From Raillietiella orientalis (taxonomy: Eukaryota), in contig JAYWIR010000007.1 of the NCBI GenBank assembly GCA_036172245.1, positions 806,001 to 870,000 of the forward strand: a stretch of 64,000 nt of DNA. Direction: 5' to 3'. The position numbers and the translations under genes are program-made. The notes beneath the pieces were generated by a model. The model ran no database searches and had not been told where the DNA came from. It was given only the letters and a program-made list of their open reading frames with translations. Below are positions 52,800 through 64,000 of the stretch, in pieces; position 1 is the stretch's first letter, and the number at the start of each line of letters is the position of its first letter.

Positions 52800-55700
52800 A
52801 CAAGCGTTCAGTTAAGCACAGGTGAGGACGCGAGCGCGTTGCTTTCGGCCACCATAGGTCACCTCCGACTCGCAAACTACGCACTCAGAGAAGGAACTTG
52901 GACTCTGAGAAAGAGTCCAATCCACCGCGTGAGAGCACAAGCGCAATCCCCAGAGACGGGGAGAGGCCGAAGCTATGGAGCGGCAAGAAGGCATGGAATT
53001 TGTCTCGCGCGACACCTCCAAGGAGGGATGCAGCCGCGTGCGCCGTCTCAGCGAGCAAAGTCTGGGCGCACGGACGGACTGTAGGCACCCTCTGTGTCCA
53101 CGTTCCAGCTAGAGCTAACCTCCAAGTGCCAGAGGCTCAGGAGGGTCCCTCCTCGTCATGTTCCCAGCCACAATGAGCAACCCTGCCTTCTCGTCGCTTG
53201 CGAGTTGCCTGTTGGACTGTCAATAGGTTGAACGGCGACGAGAAGAGGCGCGCGGTAGCGGAAATCCTGCGACCTGTGTGGCCTTCTTTTTAAAGCCGAC
53301 CGTGCAGTGTGGCGTACTCGAGGCGCGTTCCGACAATTACGGTCGAGCGCAGCAGCCTCTTCTGAAGTGGTCCAGTTCCATCGACCTCCTTTATCACCCG
53401 GTTGCTCCGGGGCGTTTATTGAACAAACAATGAACACGCCTACTAGCCGTCCTCATGTTGGAGTCTGCAATCCTGATGACCTCTCTGGGTATCGCTTGCA
53501 ATTGCAACACGTGGTCGGCCGGATGATAGCGCGGATGCAACCGATCGTTGCGATGACCGCACCTAGCGAGAGGCCACTGCATGTGAAGAACCGCCGCATC
53601 ACATCGATGGTGGGCCCTCCTGGTGCAGGCCGCCACAATCCTAGGAGAGCACCGCAGTCGAAGAGCAGGTGCGGAAACTATTCCACTACTCCTTACCTTC
53701 CACCATTCCAGGAGGCAACTCCCCTGGAAATTCCCCACACCTGCAACAGTTAGGGTCCACAGCCCCCCGGGCCCAGTGAGAGTGGCGGGCGTTGCACGGG
53801 ATACCCCAGTGCAACAACAGAAGTGCTGACTCGTGCCATTTCAGGAAGAGAGCCTCGTTGTTCTTCAGCTCTGGGGCCCACTCGAGGTGTTCCCGTAGAA
53901 TTCCCAGCAGCTCATCCCAGCGCAATAGTCCTTTCGGCGGAGCACTTGGGATCGCAGTGTCCGTGAGCTGGCCTGTGGTCCAACCACCTAATTCCTTCGC
54001 TCTTCTACCAATCTCACATGGGACCTTTCATCTGAATGGCTGGTTACTGCCCAAGTGCTCCCTCAGGGAGGACAGTGCCGCGGCTAGGGAGGTTCTTTGC
54101 GTGAGCTTCTGAATGTGCTCCTCAAAGAACTTGTAGTCCCTCCCTTGTGCATGAACATCTCTGTGTTCACCCTTTGATGGAAGCAGGATGTGATTTTGCT
54201 GCTGCATTGGAGTTTCCCATGCAATCAGCGAGCGCACCTGCTCGTAGACTGTTCTCCGGCCCCTGTGGTTTCGTTACTCAACGGTCCTTGGTGCACCAAC
54301 GGATGATCCCAGGTACGTGACGAGGCGCCTCTTCGTGCTCGATGGATGCCCTTTCGCCTGCCGCATCCCTAGCAGCTCTCTGATGCTGCCTAAGAGGGAT
54401 TGTGGGCGCCAGTTGCTGAATATCGCGAGCCCCGACGATGCTCATCTGATAGAAAACGACTTCAACGTCCGGAAGAGTTTTCCACCTGGCAGCCATACCC
54501 CTCTCCACAGTTCTATCTGCCCTCATGGCAAGAGACGACAGTAGTCGACCGGTGAGGTGGGAGTCTTCCTTCGCCATCGCGAGAAGGATGAAACTCCTTG
54601 GCGGCTGGAAGACGCGCGAGTTGGTGGATACCGCCACTCTGCGTATTGTATTGCGACGGGACTCCCTTGGTGAAGTCAAATTCCGAGTGTTGCCCCCTGA
54701 AGAACTTGCGGTTCCTCCTCAATGTCTGGACACTTCTGTGTTCCCACTTAGCTGGAAACAGGCCGTGCTGCTCGTTCTCCACCGGCGATTCCAGTGCAAT
54801 GAGAGAAGGCACCCTCGTTGTCACGATGGTTGCATCCCCGAATTGTGCCAGGACACTTCACTGCCTCCGGGAACTGTGGCGGAGGCTGGCTGCAACACTC
54901 CTCCGCAAGATGCGCTGCGTCGGTTCTTCGCGCCGGGAGGCCTCGCGACGGGCGCGGTGATGGTCACTATCGGTTCCATCTGTGCCATCGTCACAGCCCG
55001 CCATATGATCGAGACGGAGAGAAGTCATCGGGACGGCAGTCGCCTACACGAGGACGGCTGCAAGGTGACTTCACCTGGAAGAGGAAGACAAGGAGGAGAT
55101 CGCCGGCATTTGGCGCCGATTTTGAAAGTTAAAAACGGACGGAACGGATGACCCTTGTCTCTTGCCTTCCTTTGTTTTTTTCTTCTCGATCCTCACTCTC
55201 TTTTCTCCGTTACTCCGTTTTTCTGTTTTGACCCCGGTGCATGCGGAGCCAACCCTAGTTGGTGCCACTCCTCCCTCCCTCGTTCTGGACTTTTGGATAT
55301 CCCGATTTGCGTTTCGGTGAACCCCCCCGTCGAACTTCTTTTGTCTTCGGTTGGGAACTGCGTGTCCCCGGCTGGTTTGCCTTTTATAGAAAATACGTCC
55401 CGGCGTGACGGGTGAAAACTTCAACGTCCGCCTGCTGTTGGGTGAAGGGATTCAGGTGAGTCGCGTGCAGACCAGCGAGCTGTGTGAAACTTATTGTCTG
55501 ACGAACATGGGATGCAGGAGGACATCGACTACGTCTTCCTCGACGAACACCTGTGTTGTCGGGTAGACCGTCGAGGAAGAGTGGCGTCGGTTGCCTCGGA
55601 CCATCCCGGGCTCGAGTTCGAGTTGCGGCTTCCGAGGAAGGGGCCGCCCATCAGAGTGTGGAGGAGATTTTGTGGTTACGGTGGTCTCCGCGCGTGGTAC

Positions 55701-58235
55701 CATAAGTCGCAGGTTCGGATACTCCGACAGAAATCGACTCACTGCGTCGTGTCTGGAGGTCCTCCTGCAAGATGACGCTGGTTGGCCGACATTCATTCGA
55801 GTGCGACACTGGCAGCGGTTCAAACCGGATATCCCCCGAAGAGGGTCGCGACAATGGGAGTCGATATTGAGTCCTTCCAGGAATCAAGGAGCGTGGAGTT
55901 TCCCTTCCGGTTGTGCAACGGAGAGAGGACCTCCCAGCGTTGGGGACCTCTCCGGTTAGTTCAGAGATCCTTCCATCCCGGGTCCCCTGCCTGGGAAGGT
56001 TGTCGCCTGAAAGAATGCGCACACCTCACTAGCGAGAGATTTTTCACCTAGAGTGCTGCTCCCGTGTCGTAGCGGGCAGATCGAGAAGTCCCCTGCGACG
56101 AAATGCACTGTTGCGGGCCCGAAGCCATGAAGCAACTGACTTTGAAGGACGAAGAAGAATTCGGTTCTTTCAGTGCGCCATTCAGCGCCATTCGGAGCGT
56201 ATGACGTTCGAGTGCCAAACCGAATGACAGACCATGGTCAAGTCCTCCTCTGCTCGTTGTCCTGCAGCCCGCTGACATCCCAACAGGCTACACTGAAGGG
56301 ATGAGAAGACGCGATTCTTTGCATTGTTGCTGTGAAGATGGCGGCTTCTTCCTCGACTGTCTGGATAGTGGACAGCAGACAGAACAGCAGACTGGAAAGC
56401 GGAATTGTCTCTAGCTTCTTTCGTGATGCATTCGGCCGAGTTCTCAGGCACAGGGAACATTTCCTCGGCTTCCGAGGATAGCTCGGCATCTCTAGCGGCA
56501 GGTGTGCTGCCCCTTGGCCTGGAGCACACACGCTTCGGCGCGGATGACTCTCTCTTTGCCCTTATGGATTTGCACCGGTGACTCCGGAGCGTTTGTTTCA
56601 CAAAAATAAAATAAACCTACAAGCTGAAAAAGCAGCCGTCGAGACGGCGACCTTCCTATAAAAAAAAGTCCCAAGAAAGTTCAAGTGAAGGGTCCGTCGA
56701 CAACCCCGACCGGTTTCCTGAACTTCCGGAGCAGGGGGATGGGGACAAAAACAAAAGTTAAAAAAAAATTAAAAGGTAGGGACAGGATCTTTAGCTTTTC
56801 TTGTTCCTTCTTGAAACGCCGGAAAAAGTGCGGAACGGACTGGAGTGGGCAGTAAACAATTGTACAAAAAGGAGGGCGGGTCAGGAGTCACTCGCAGTGT
56901 CCGTTCCTTTTAAGGTGGAAGCTGCGCAGCATATCGGCGATCTCCTGCTTGACTTCCGCGTCTAATTGAGGCCACCTGGCAGCCGTACCCATGTAGACAA
57001 CCGTGATGCTGGAGGCCTCCGCTCGCAGAGCCCGAGACCCCAGCAAAGGCGGACTGTAACGATGGCACGCACGCAACACGTCGTTGCTATCAAGGTGCCT
57101 CTCGTGGCCTCACTTCTGAAGAACCGCCGCAGCAAGTCCGTCGCAGTGTCTCCGGCAGGCAGGAATGCGGAGTTCAGCATCCGCGAGGGTTCCTGGAGGG
57201 CACTGCAGTCCAACAAGAGGTGCGGGAACGTTTCGACGGCCCCGCACTTCAAATAGTTCTGGAGACACGACGTCTCCCGGAAATCCGGTTCCTGCGCTGG
57301 TTGCACTGGAAACCCCAATGCAGAAACAGCAGGATGTTCTGCTTCCCCTTCAGCGGGAACACGGAAGATTTTATACGCAGGCGAGGGAGTTCGTCGGAGG
57401 CCACTCTGAGCAGCTCGCTCCATCGAAGCGGTCCCTTCGCCCTTCTTCGTAATAGACGGGTTCCCCTTGGTAGTCCCACTGTTGCGTGCGGGTCTGATGG
57501 TCCACCTGACATGTGGATCCCTGTCCCGAACTCCTCTCGTAATGCTCCGGTGGCCACAAACTGCTCGCACTGTGAGAGAGGAACAAGGAACGGGGCAAGA
57601 AAAGGGAACAAGGGCAAAGAAGCGGATTCCTCTTTCCGCTGCTTTGTCCTTGTGCCCTTAGACTGACGGGGACGGAGTTTTCTGGAGAATTTTTCTTCGC
57701 CTTCTTCCTCTTGACCTCCGTCTCCCTTCCCTGCTTTTGACAGCAACGATCCCTTTTCCCGGAGCGAGCTCTGTGCAACACGTTGGCGTCACGGCTATCA
57801 AGGGCACAGCTTTAGCTCCTGCCTTCCAAGAAAGCGCCGCTGTCACCTTCGCGAGGTTGGCAGGCTGCTTGCCTTGGCCGCGGGTATAACTGCCTCAGGC
57901 ACAGTCCTGGGCTTCGCAGAGCTTGCCACGTTCCCGAAAGCCTTATCTTCGTCGCACTCACGCGGGGCTTCGTAGCCTGGGGCCCAGACGGGCGGGATAT
58001 GGCAGTCTCGGTAGTATAATCGCGGTCTCTTTGCCTGTGACTTTGATCTTAGCCAAAAGGCCGAAAGGCGCGATACCGCGCGATACCGCGCGCGACCTCG
58101 CGACCTCGGGTGGGTGAGGCTTCGCTCCCGTGGAGGAGGTTGCGCAAGGTTGCACCCTCTTTCGTGAGCGGCTTCCCTGCCGTGACCTCGGTCGTGCGGG
58201 GTTTTCCATGCAGAGGATGCTTGCGGTACTTGCAT
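52800..58235. mobile_element. Nest of L1/Tx1-like LINE fragments in both orientations
   Basis: C-terminal zinc-finger regions at 53394-54240(-) LLHWGIPCNARH...PNCCRCG, 54520-55150(+) and 56888-57450(-) KCGAVETFPHLLLDC. APE end at 55390-55700(+) GENFNV...IDYVFL...SDH...G..VWR. Possible ORF1 knuckle relic at 57843-58235(-). Confidence 0.8.
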
Positions 58236-58259
58236 TCGTGGAAAACTATTTTTTTACAG

Positions 58260-59602
58260 TTCTTGTCGTGGGACTGGTCCAAAGACCTGATTAACTGACT
58301 TTCATGATATTCCCGAGTTCCAAGAAGCTTGCTCACCACGAGAATCTTTTTGCATCCCTGGCTGTTGAGGCCATGCTGCATCTGAAAGGATCAGGATGCT
58401 TTGGTCTATTCAGATCATCCAGAGGCAAGGAGACACACCACTTAATTCTCATTTGTATGATGGCAACGTTTGTGCATCAAGATTCGTTGTCTTTTGCAGC
58501 TTCGTTGCCATGTAGGCTTTCTTCTGTACGAGAAACCAGGAGGATTCCAAATAAAAGAGATCGAGAAGGAATGCTGGAATTCTTATTGCTGATACGTCAA
58601 AGGACACTGCGCAAATTAAAGTCTTTGGATTACGTGTGCGAGTGGATTCAGTTTCCAGAATCGCGGAACTGGAACTTGCAGAGAAAGAAAAAATGACAGA
58701 GAAGAAAGTGGCAGCCATTCTTCAACGTGACATCAATGTGTTTATTAATCGGTAGGTGCTTGGAGCTGCTCATTTTTCCAGACGATGTTTTCGTAGCCAC
58801 CTTGTTCACAATTATCCTGAACATTTGCTCACAGGTGCCAAGGTTATCGCTATTGAGCAGGCTGACTCTGATGGCATCGAACGTTTTAGCATTAGTCGAC
58901 GGTGGGGAAATCGTATCCATGTTTTCTCATCCAGAAATTGTCAAATTAGGGAACTGCGATCTCACTGAAGAGGTTAGCTGAAAGGAACAGGACTCTGTTA
59001 CGTGATCCCTGATGTTTAGCAGATTGCGATCAGAGAGAGCAAGTTGTTGGGGTATTCTGGTGTACCACTAGGTGAAGCTGGCAATGTCATGCTTCGTGAT
59101 GTGCCTCAACAAATGCTCAATGAAGCAGAAATATCTGCTCAGTATGCACATTGTGTGCGCAGCGGCAGGCAAGAAGCGCCAAAAAGTGGTTTCGGGGAGG
59201 CGCAATGAGATCCTGACGGTTGTAGCCATCCTGGAATTGCTGGCAAAGAAGCTGTAGCTCTGGAGTCATTTGCTCTTGCCTCAATGCGGTTATCTACAAT
59301 GAAAGCTGGAAACGCAGGTTATGATTCTGCTGATCTTATTACCAAACTGCGTGCTGCTCATGCAGCTGGTGATTTGATGTCGCTAAGGAGAGATCCATGC
59401 TGAGAACAGTGATCATGTTTGCATTTTCGATATGAGAAAGGGGATGCAGGTAACGTGAAAGCAGCTGCCAATCAATAAGTCATTCAGAGTTCAGGATAAG
59501 GTACTTTTATCAGCATCTGAAGCTGCCCGAACGGTTTCGAGAGCTGATGACATAATCAAGGCAGCACCAAGAAAACGTGCGCCTGATCTCCATCCGTGCT
59601 AA
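58260..59602 (+). pseudogene. CCT2: T-complex protein 1 subunit beta pseudogene, 5'-truncated, unprocessed (introns retained)
   Basis: Collinear degenerate blocks [115 protein letters not shown] and the diagnostic end [18 protein letters not shown]. Several frameshifts and stops. GT-AG introns at 58752-58796 and 58973-59022. Confidence 0.92.
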
Positions 59603-60687
59603 TTGCTGGCATTTGTATTAGTTGCTGTTTGCTAAGAAACTTTTTGCTGCTACTCAGACGCTCACTTTTTTTTCTTCTTTAGTTTCTTCGAGATCACGGT
59701 GTGATTTGGTTGGGTTTTGACGTATTAGGGTAATGGTATATCAACCAGTCTACAGTACCGAATATCCGAAAACAACCGTCAGAACAGTTTTCAGGTTTAT
59801 GTATAGATGAATTTTTTCCGAAGGCAGAATAGAAAAATTCAAATGAAAAATTCAGTAGCTTCAAACCGGAAGTTGCCTCTTTTTTTCTCACTTTTAACCT
59901 ACATCGGGGCATCCGTTTTGGCTAATGCCTTTCTCAATGTTTCAAGGCAAATGTCAAGCAATCCGTTGAGCAGGGATCCCTATGCTACACTTTGTTGTTG
60001 TTTTTATTTCTAACCAGTTTTAATCCATGTATTTATTATGCACATTATGTGCCATGATCCACGCGAATTGGAAAATTAGTTGGCTCCCAATCATCTCTGA
60101 CAGTCACATCCAAGCTGAACTTCCTGCTCCAATCCGAATACGTCAGTGGTAGGAGCCGGCAGCTGCCAGAAATACGTGGTCACTCAGCGATCACCTGTGC
60201 TCCCGACAGCTGCCATGATAGAGCATCTTCGCAGCAACGATCGACACTTCCGGAAGATGAAAGAAAAGATTCAGATAGAGTTGACATGTCAGCAGGTTCC
60301 TGCAAACGTCAGCTCTCTGCCGCGCTCCCTCGGTCTCCAGATGGTCACTAAAAAATCAAGCAGAGCCTTCCCTCGTTGGAGTGCTTTCATTCCGTGCTCT
60401 TCGAGCAAGGGCAAGTCGTCAGGTGGCTGGCATGATGGAATACGATGGTATGCCTCGGAATGCAAAAAGAAGACGAATCAGAACAATCCAGAAACAGAGC
60501 TTCAGGAATTGCATTGATGTTACTACTCTTGTAGGTTCATTCATTCAATGAAGCTGTAGAGTGGCACCTGGATGCCCGGTTCTCACATCACGCATTCAGT
60601 GGGGAAGGGATGAGAAAACCCCTTTCACAGTGGTTTCAAAACTTGTGATACGACCCATTTTTCTTTTCTTGTGCGATCTGCAAAATG

Positions 60688-60692
60688 CATTC

Positions 60693-60734
<42 letters not shown>

Positions 60735-60739
60735 GAATG
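60688..60739. repeat. (AT)n microsatellite inside a perfect 52-bp palindrome
   Basis: cattcga-(at)n-tcgaatg. Confidence 0.9.
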
Positions 60740-62696
60740 ACTGCATACGTATACGCATTCATTTCACGAAACTCAGTGAGCCATGGACTTTTTAATGTCC
60801 CTGGCATCTTCCGCTGCTAAGGCCTTCCCCTAAGGTAAAAGCAGTAGGGATCATCATCCCCCAAATGCTCTTGCATGACCAGCAACGCGCCAATTTGCTA
60901 ATCGAAAATTATGGCATTCGAATGCAAACAGATGGAATTATTGCTTCAAGGTGGAAGTGTGCAGATGATGATGATGAATGCTGACGATGTTTAAGTTTGG
61001 TTACAACGGAGTGCGCCTGGCAAGTGGGAAGACATTGGGGAATCTTAACGCGAGAAGGAAAAGCGAGCACCCTCGCAAATACAGAAAAATTTCTGGTGGA
61101 CAGGAGACTCTCGTTGGGACGTTAGCCATTAAGCCTCAGACATCGGTCAATCAGTGAACAAATGAAGAAGCAAAAAGGCATTTGCTACCTGAGAAAGTGT
61201 GAGGACAAGGAGTACACATGCAGGGACGGCGCGGGCGCCTGTCCGAGACACCGCCAAGCTGGCAGGAATAGGCAACAGGGCGAACGAAAAGGGTGGGCGT
61301 TAAGAGGAGCGCGGGAAAAGGCGGCCCGCCAATTTCATCCCAAACGGCCCGTTCGAGTCAGAAGGGTGGAAAGCAACGGCACAGCCTCCTCACCGATCAC
61401 CGATCTCGACTGCGGCAAAGCCACTCACGGGCGTGTGCGGCAATGCTGGCATCCCCGTCGTGAGCCGCGAACGGCCTCTCGATGTCGCGACGAGCACGGC
61501 AAGGTCGGCGTATGCGAAGCAAGGTCGGCCGACCCGACGCACGTGCCTCGGAGAGCACGTGCTCGCACACGGCACGCCTCGTGCGGTCGCTGACCGCTCG
61601 CTCGCATCTGCCCTCGAGCTGCCTTCGTCCTCTTTTGCACGGGCAGCCGCAAGTTCTCGCCCAGGTCTGCCGGCCTTCTCCGCGAGAATCCCCCCCCAAC
61701 CCTTGTAACCAAGGAGACGCCTATCATTGTTTCGTCATCGAGCATTCTTGGTCTCGGTCGAAGATTCGAATTTTCCTCATTCCAGAGCAACTTCCTGTCG
61801 TGATAAGACGGAGAGCTCGTGCTTGTCTTTGTGAAACAGTGTTTACCTCCCAGCCTTCGTGCTTGTTGTCAGTGTGGTCCAGTGTTTACCCCAGCTGTCG
61901 TGCACTCTTCGCAGCAACAGGACATTTGGCTGGCCACGGCATCGGTGAGTGGTCGTGGTTTGCTCCGCTCGGTGCATCCTCCGCTGGCAGTGCTTCCGAA
62001 GGGGTGGGCGGCGTGCGTGTGCGAGCCGAATGCCCGCTCGCCCCCGCGGTGCGCCTGCGCCATCGGCACCGCCTTTTCGCTATGGTCCGCGGAGGGAAAA
62101 CCTGAGCATGCGCGCAGCAGGAAGGCGTGACGTGTTTTGTACAGCGTCCCGTTCGCTCTGGAGCAGGGAGCACAGGCGCGGAGCGGTCGCGCGGACGGCG
62201 GGCGACTTCGACCTGATGTCGGGGTGCGCGCGCCCCAACTCAGGTAGCGTAACCGCAACTCAGACTCGTTGATTCGGGCCGCACCTAGAAATGCGTCGCA
62301 AATGAGTGCATTCCACGCAAAGCAGTGGATTCGGTCGTCGCTCAGTGCTCATGTCTAAGCGCGTCCTGGGGCCTGTCGTGGATCCCACGTTGCGTTGGTA
62401 GCGCACCGTCGTCATCTACGTGGTACCGGTCCGGCACCGCCACTCACATTCGCCTGTCGTCATATCCTCCGTGGAACGTCACACGTCAGTGCGGCGACCA
62501 CTTGCTTTAGCATTTCGAAGTCAAGCCCTCGTCGATTGTTGACCTCGTTCGTACCCTCTACAAGTGTGTCCGTTCACTCCAGATGCAGGAGTGGTGGAGT
62601 CAGAAAGCCGTGAGTAGCAGCCTGAGGGGCATCATGATGCACACGCCGATGGAGAAGAGAACCGCCGACCTCGAGGAGCAGCAGTTTGCTGAGCTC

Positions 62697-63490
62697 CTGA
62701 CGAAGACGGACTCCTGGAAGCGCCTTAGCAGGCGCATGATGGGCAGCATGGTATGCGCGCCACACCTCCGCGGCTTCATGCTGATGGCGCAGAGCGGCCC
62801 TCTCTCGGGGGGGGGAGGGCATTCGCTGCCTCTGACGCAGACGGACGCCTGGAAGCGCCTTAGCAGGCGCGTGATGGGCAGCATGGTATGCGCGCCACAC
62901 CTCCGCGGCTTCATGCTGATGGCGCAGAGCGGTTCTCTCTCGGGGGGGGAGGGCATTCGCTGCCTCTGACGCAGACGGACGCCTGGAAGCGCCTTAGCAG
63001 GCGCGTGATGGGCAGCATGGTATGCGCGCCACACCTCCGCGGCTTCATGCTGATGGCGCAGAGCGGTTCTCTCTCGGGGGGGGAGGGCATTCGCTGCCTC
63101 TGACGCAGACGGACGCCTGGAAGCGCCTTAGCAGGCGCGTGATGGGCAGCATGGTATGCGCGCCACACCTCCGCGGCTTCATGCTGATGGCGCAGAGCGG
63201 TTCTCTCTCGGGGGGGGAGGGCATTCGCTGCCTCTGACGCAGACGGACGCCTGGAAGCGCCTTAGCAGGCGCGTGATGGGCAGCATGGTATGCGCGCCAC
63301 ACCTCCGCGGCTTCATCTTCATGCTGATGGCGCAGAGCGGTTCTCTCTCGGGGGGGGAGGGCATTCGCTGCCTCTGATGCAGACGGACGCCTGGAAGCGC
63401 CTTAGCAGGCGCGTGATGGGCAGCATGGTATGCGAGTCACGCCTCCGCAGCTTCATGCTGATGGCGCAGAGCGATGCTCTCTCCAGGGAG
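62697..63490 (+). repeat. Tandem minisatellite, 134-140-bp unit, ~5.8 near-identical copies
   Basis: Units start at 62697, 62832, 62966, 63100, 63234 and 63374. Core ctgacgcagacggacgcctggaagcgccttagcaggcgcgtgatgggcagcatggtatgcgcgccacacctccgcggcttcatgctgatggcgcagagcgg. Unit lengths 135, 134, 134, 134, 140, then partial. Confidence 0.97.
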
Positions 63491-64000
63491 CGGCGTTTTC
63501 TGCACACAACGAGGATGGGTATGTGAACACACTGTAGGCATCTCCGTGCGTCCAGGATGTTCACAGAAAGAATGCCCATCTGGGGGAAGGTGGAGTGGTC
63601 ATCGTGTCTGCACGCCAGCACAACTCTTCGGAGATTCGAGGGCGCCGCCGAGGTGGTTCGCGTTGCGCGCAACGCAGACTCGGGTGCGATCGCGCAGGGA
63701 GACGGCGTTCGCATCCACGAAGTCTCTCTGCCATGGTGCGACGCTCCGGCATCCGAAACCCGTCGCTTCGTTTGCTTCTTCCTGCGTTTGCCCCCCAGCA
63801 CGGCAGCTGCTGTGGCGGTGCGGGGGCCCCGAAACCGTCGCGGGATGGCAATCGGACGTTTCCGATGGCGCCGGCTCCGGTTGGCGCGCGATGGCCTTGA
63901 ACGGGTTGGTGGTGTTTCTCACTGCGGGCGTCGCCAGTTCCGTAGCGAAGCATCCCAACGCTACGGCACAGCCTTGCATGCGTGCTTGCATGTCCGCCCA

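Noticed and set aside
62697..63490. CRISPR-like array
   Set aside because: The units are contiguous near-identical copies with no unique spacers, the context is eukaryotic and there are no cas genes.

Overview
Eukaryotic genomic window, almost certainly arthropod (judged from the XPD and Maelstrom protein sequences). I spliced five intron-containing genes by hand, and all introns are GT-AG with consistent phases: an SLC29A4/ENT4-type nucleoside/monoamine transporter (+, 4298-16570, 9 exons, ~612 aa), DMAC2/ATP5SL (+, ~26063-27084, 5' end uncertain), SRP receptor alpha (+, 32944-35141, 8 exons, ~619 aa), the piRNA factor maelstrom (-, 37004-35171, 8 exons, ~442 aa) and the XPD/ERCC2 helicase (-, 47388-43160, 14 exons, 759 aa). 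There is also a 5'-truncated, intron-retaining CCT2 pseudogene (+, 58260-59602). The window is a compositional mosaic. GC- and CpG-rich flanks (~1-20.8 kb, ~52.8-58.2 kb, ~61-64 kb) are packed with decayed L1/Tx1-like LINE fragments. They surround an AT-rich core (~21-52 kb) of compact, CpG-depleted genes with 42-54-nt introns. A 134/135-bp tandem array at 62.7-63.5 kb sits inside what looks like an unidentified coding exon. I see no convincing new multi-gene system. The best leads are the repeat-bearing orphan exon, the SRPRA/mael tail-to-tail junction, twin FxNPxY motifs in the ENT4 loop, the short introns with weak polypyrimidine tracts and the two-compartment architecture. All homology calls come from motif recognition; no searches were run.
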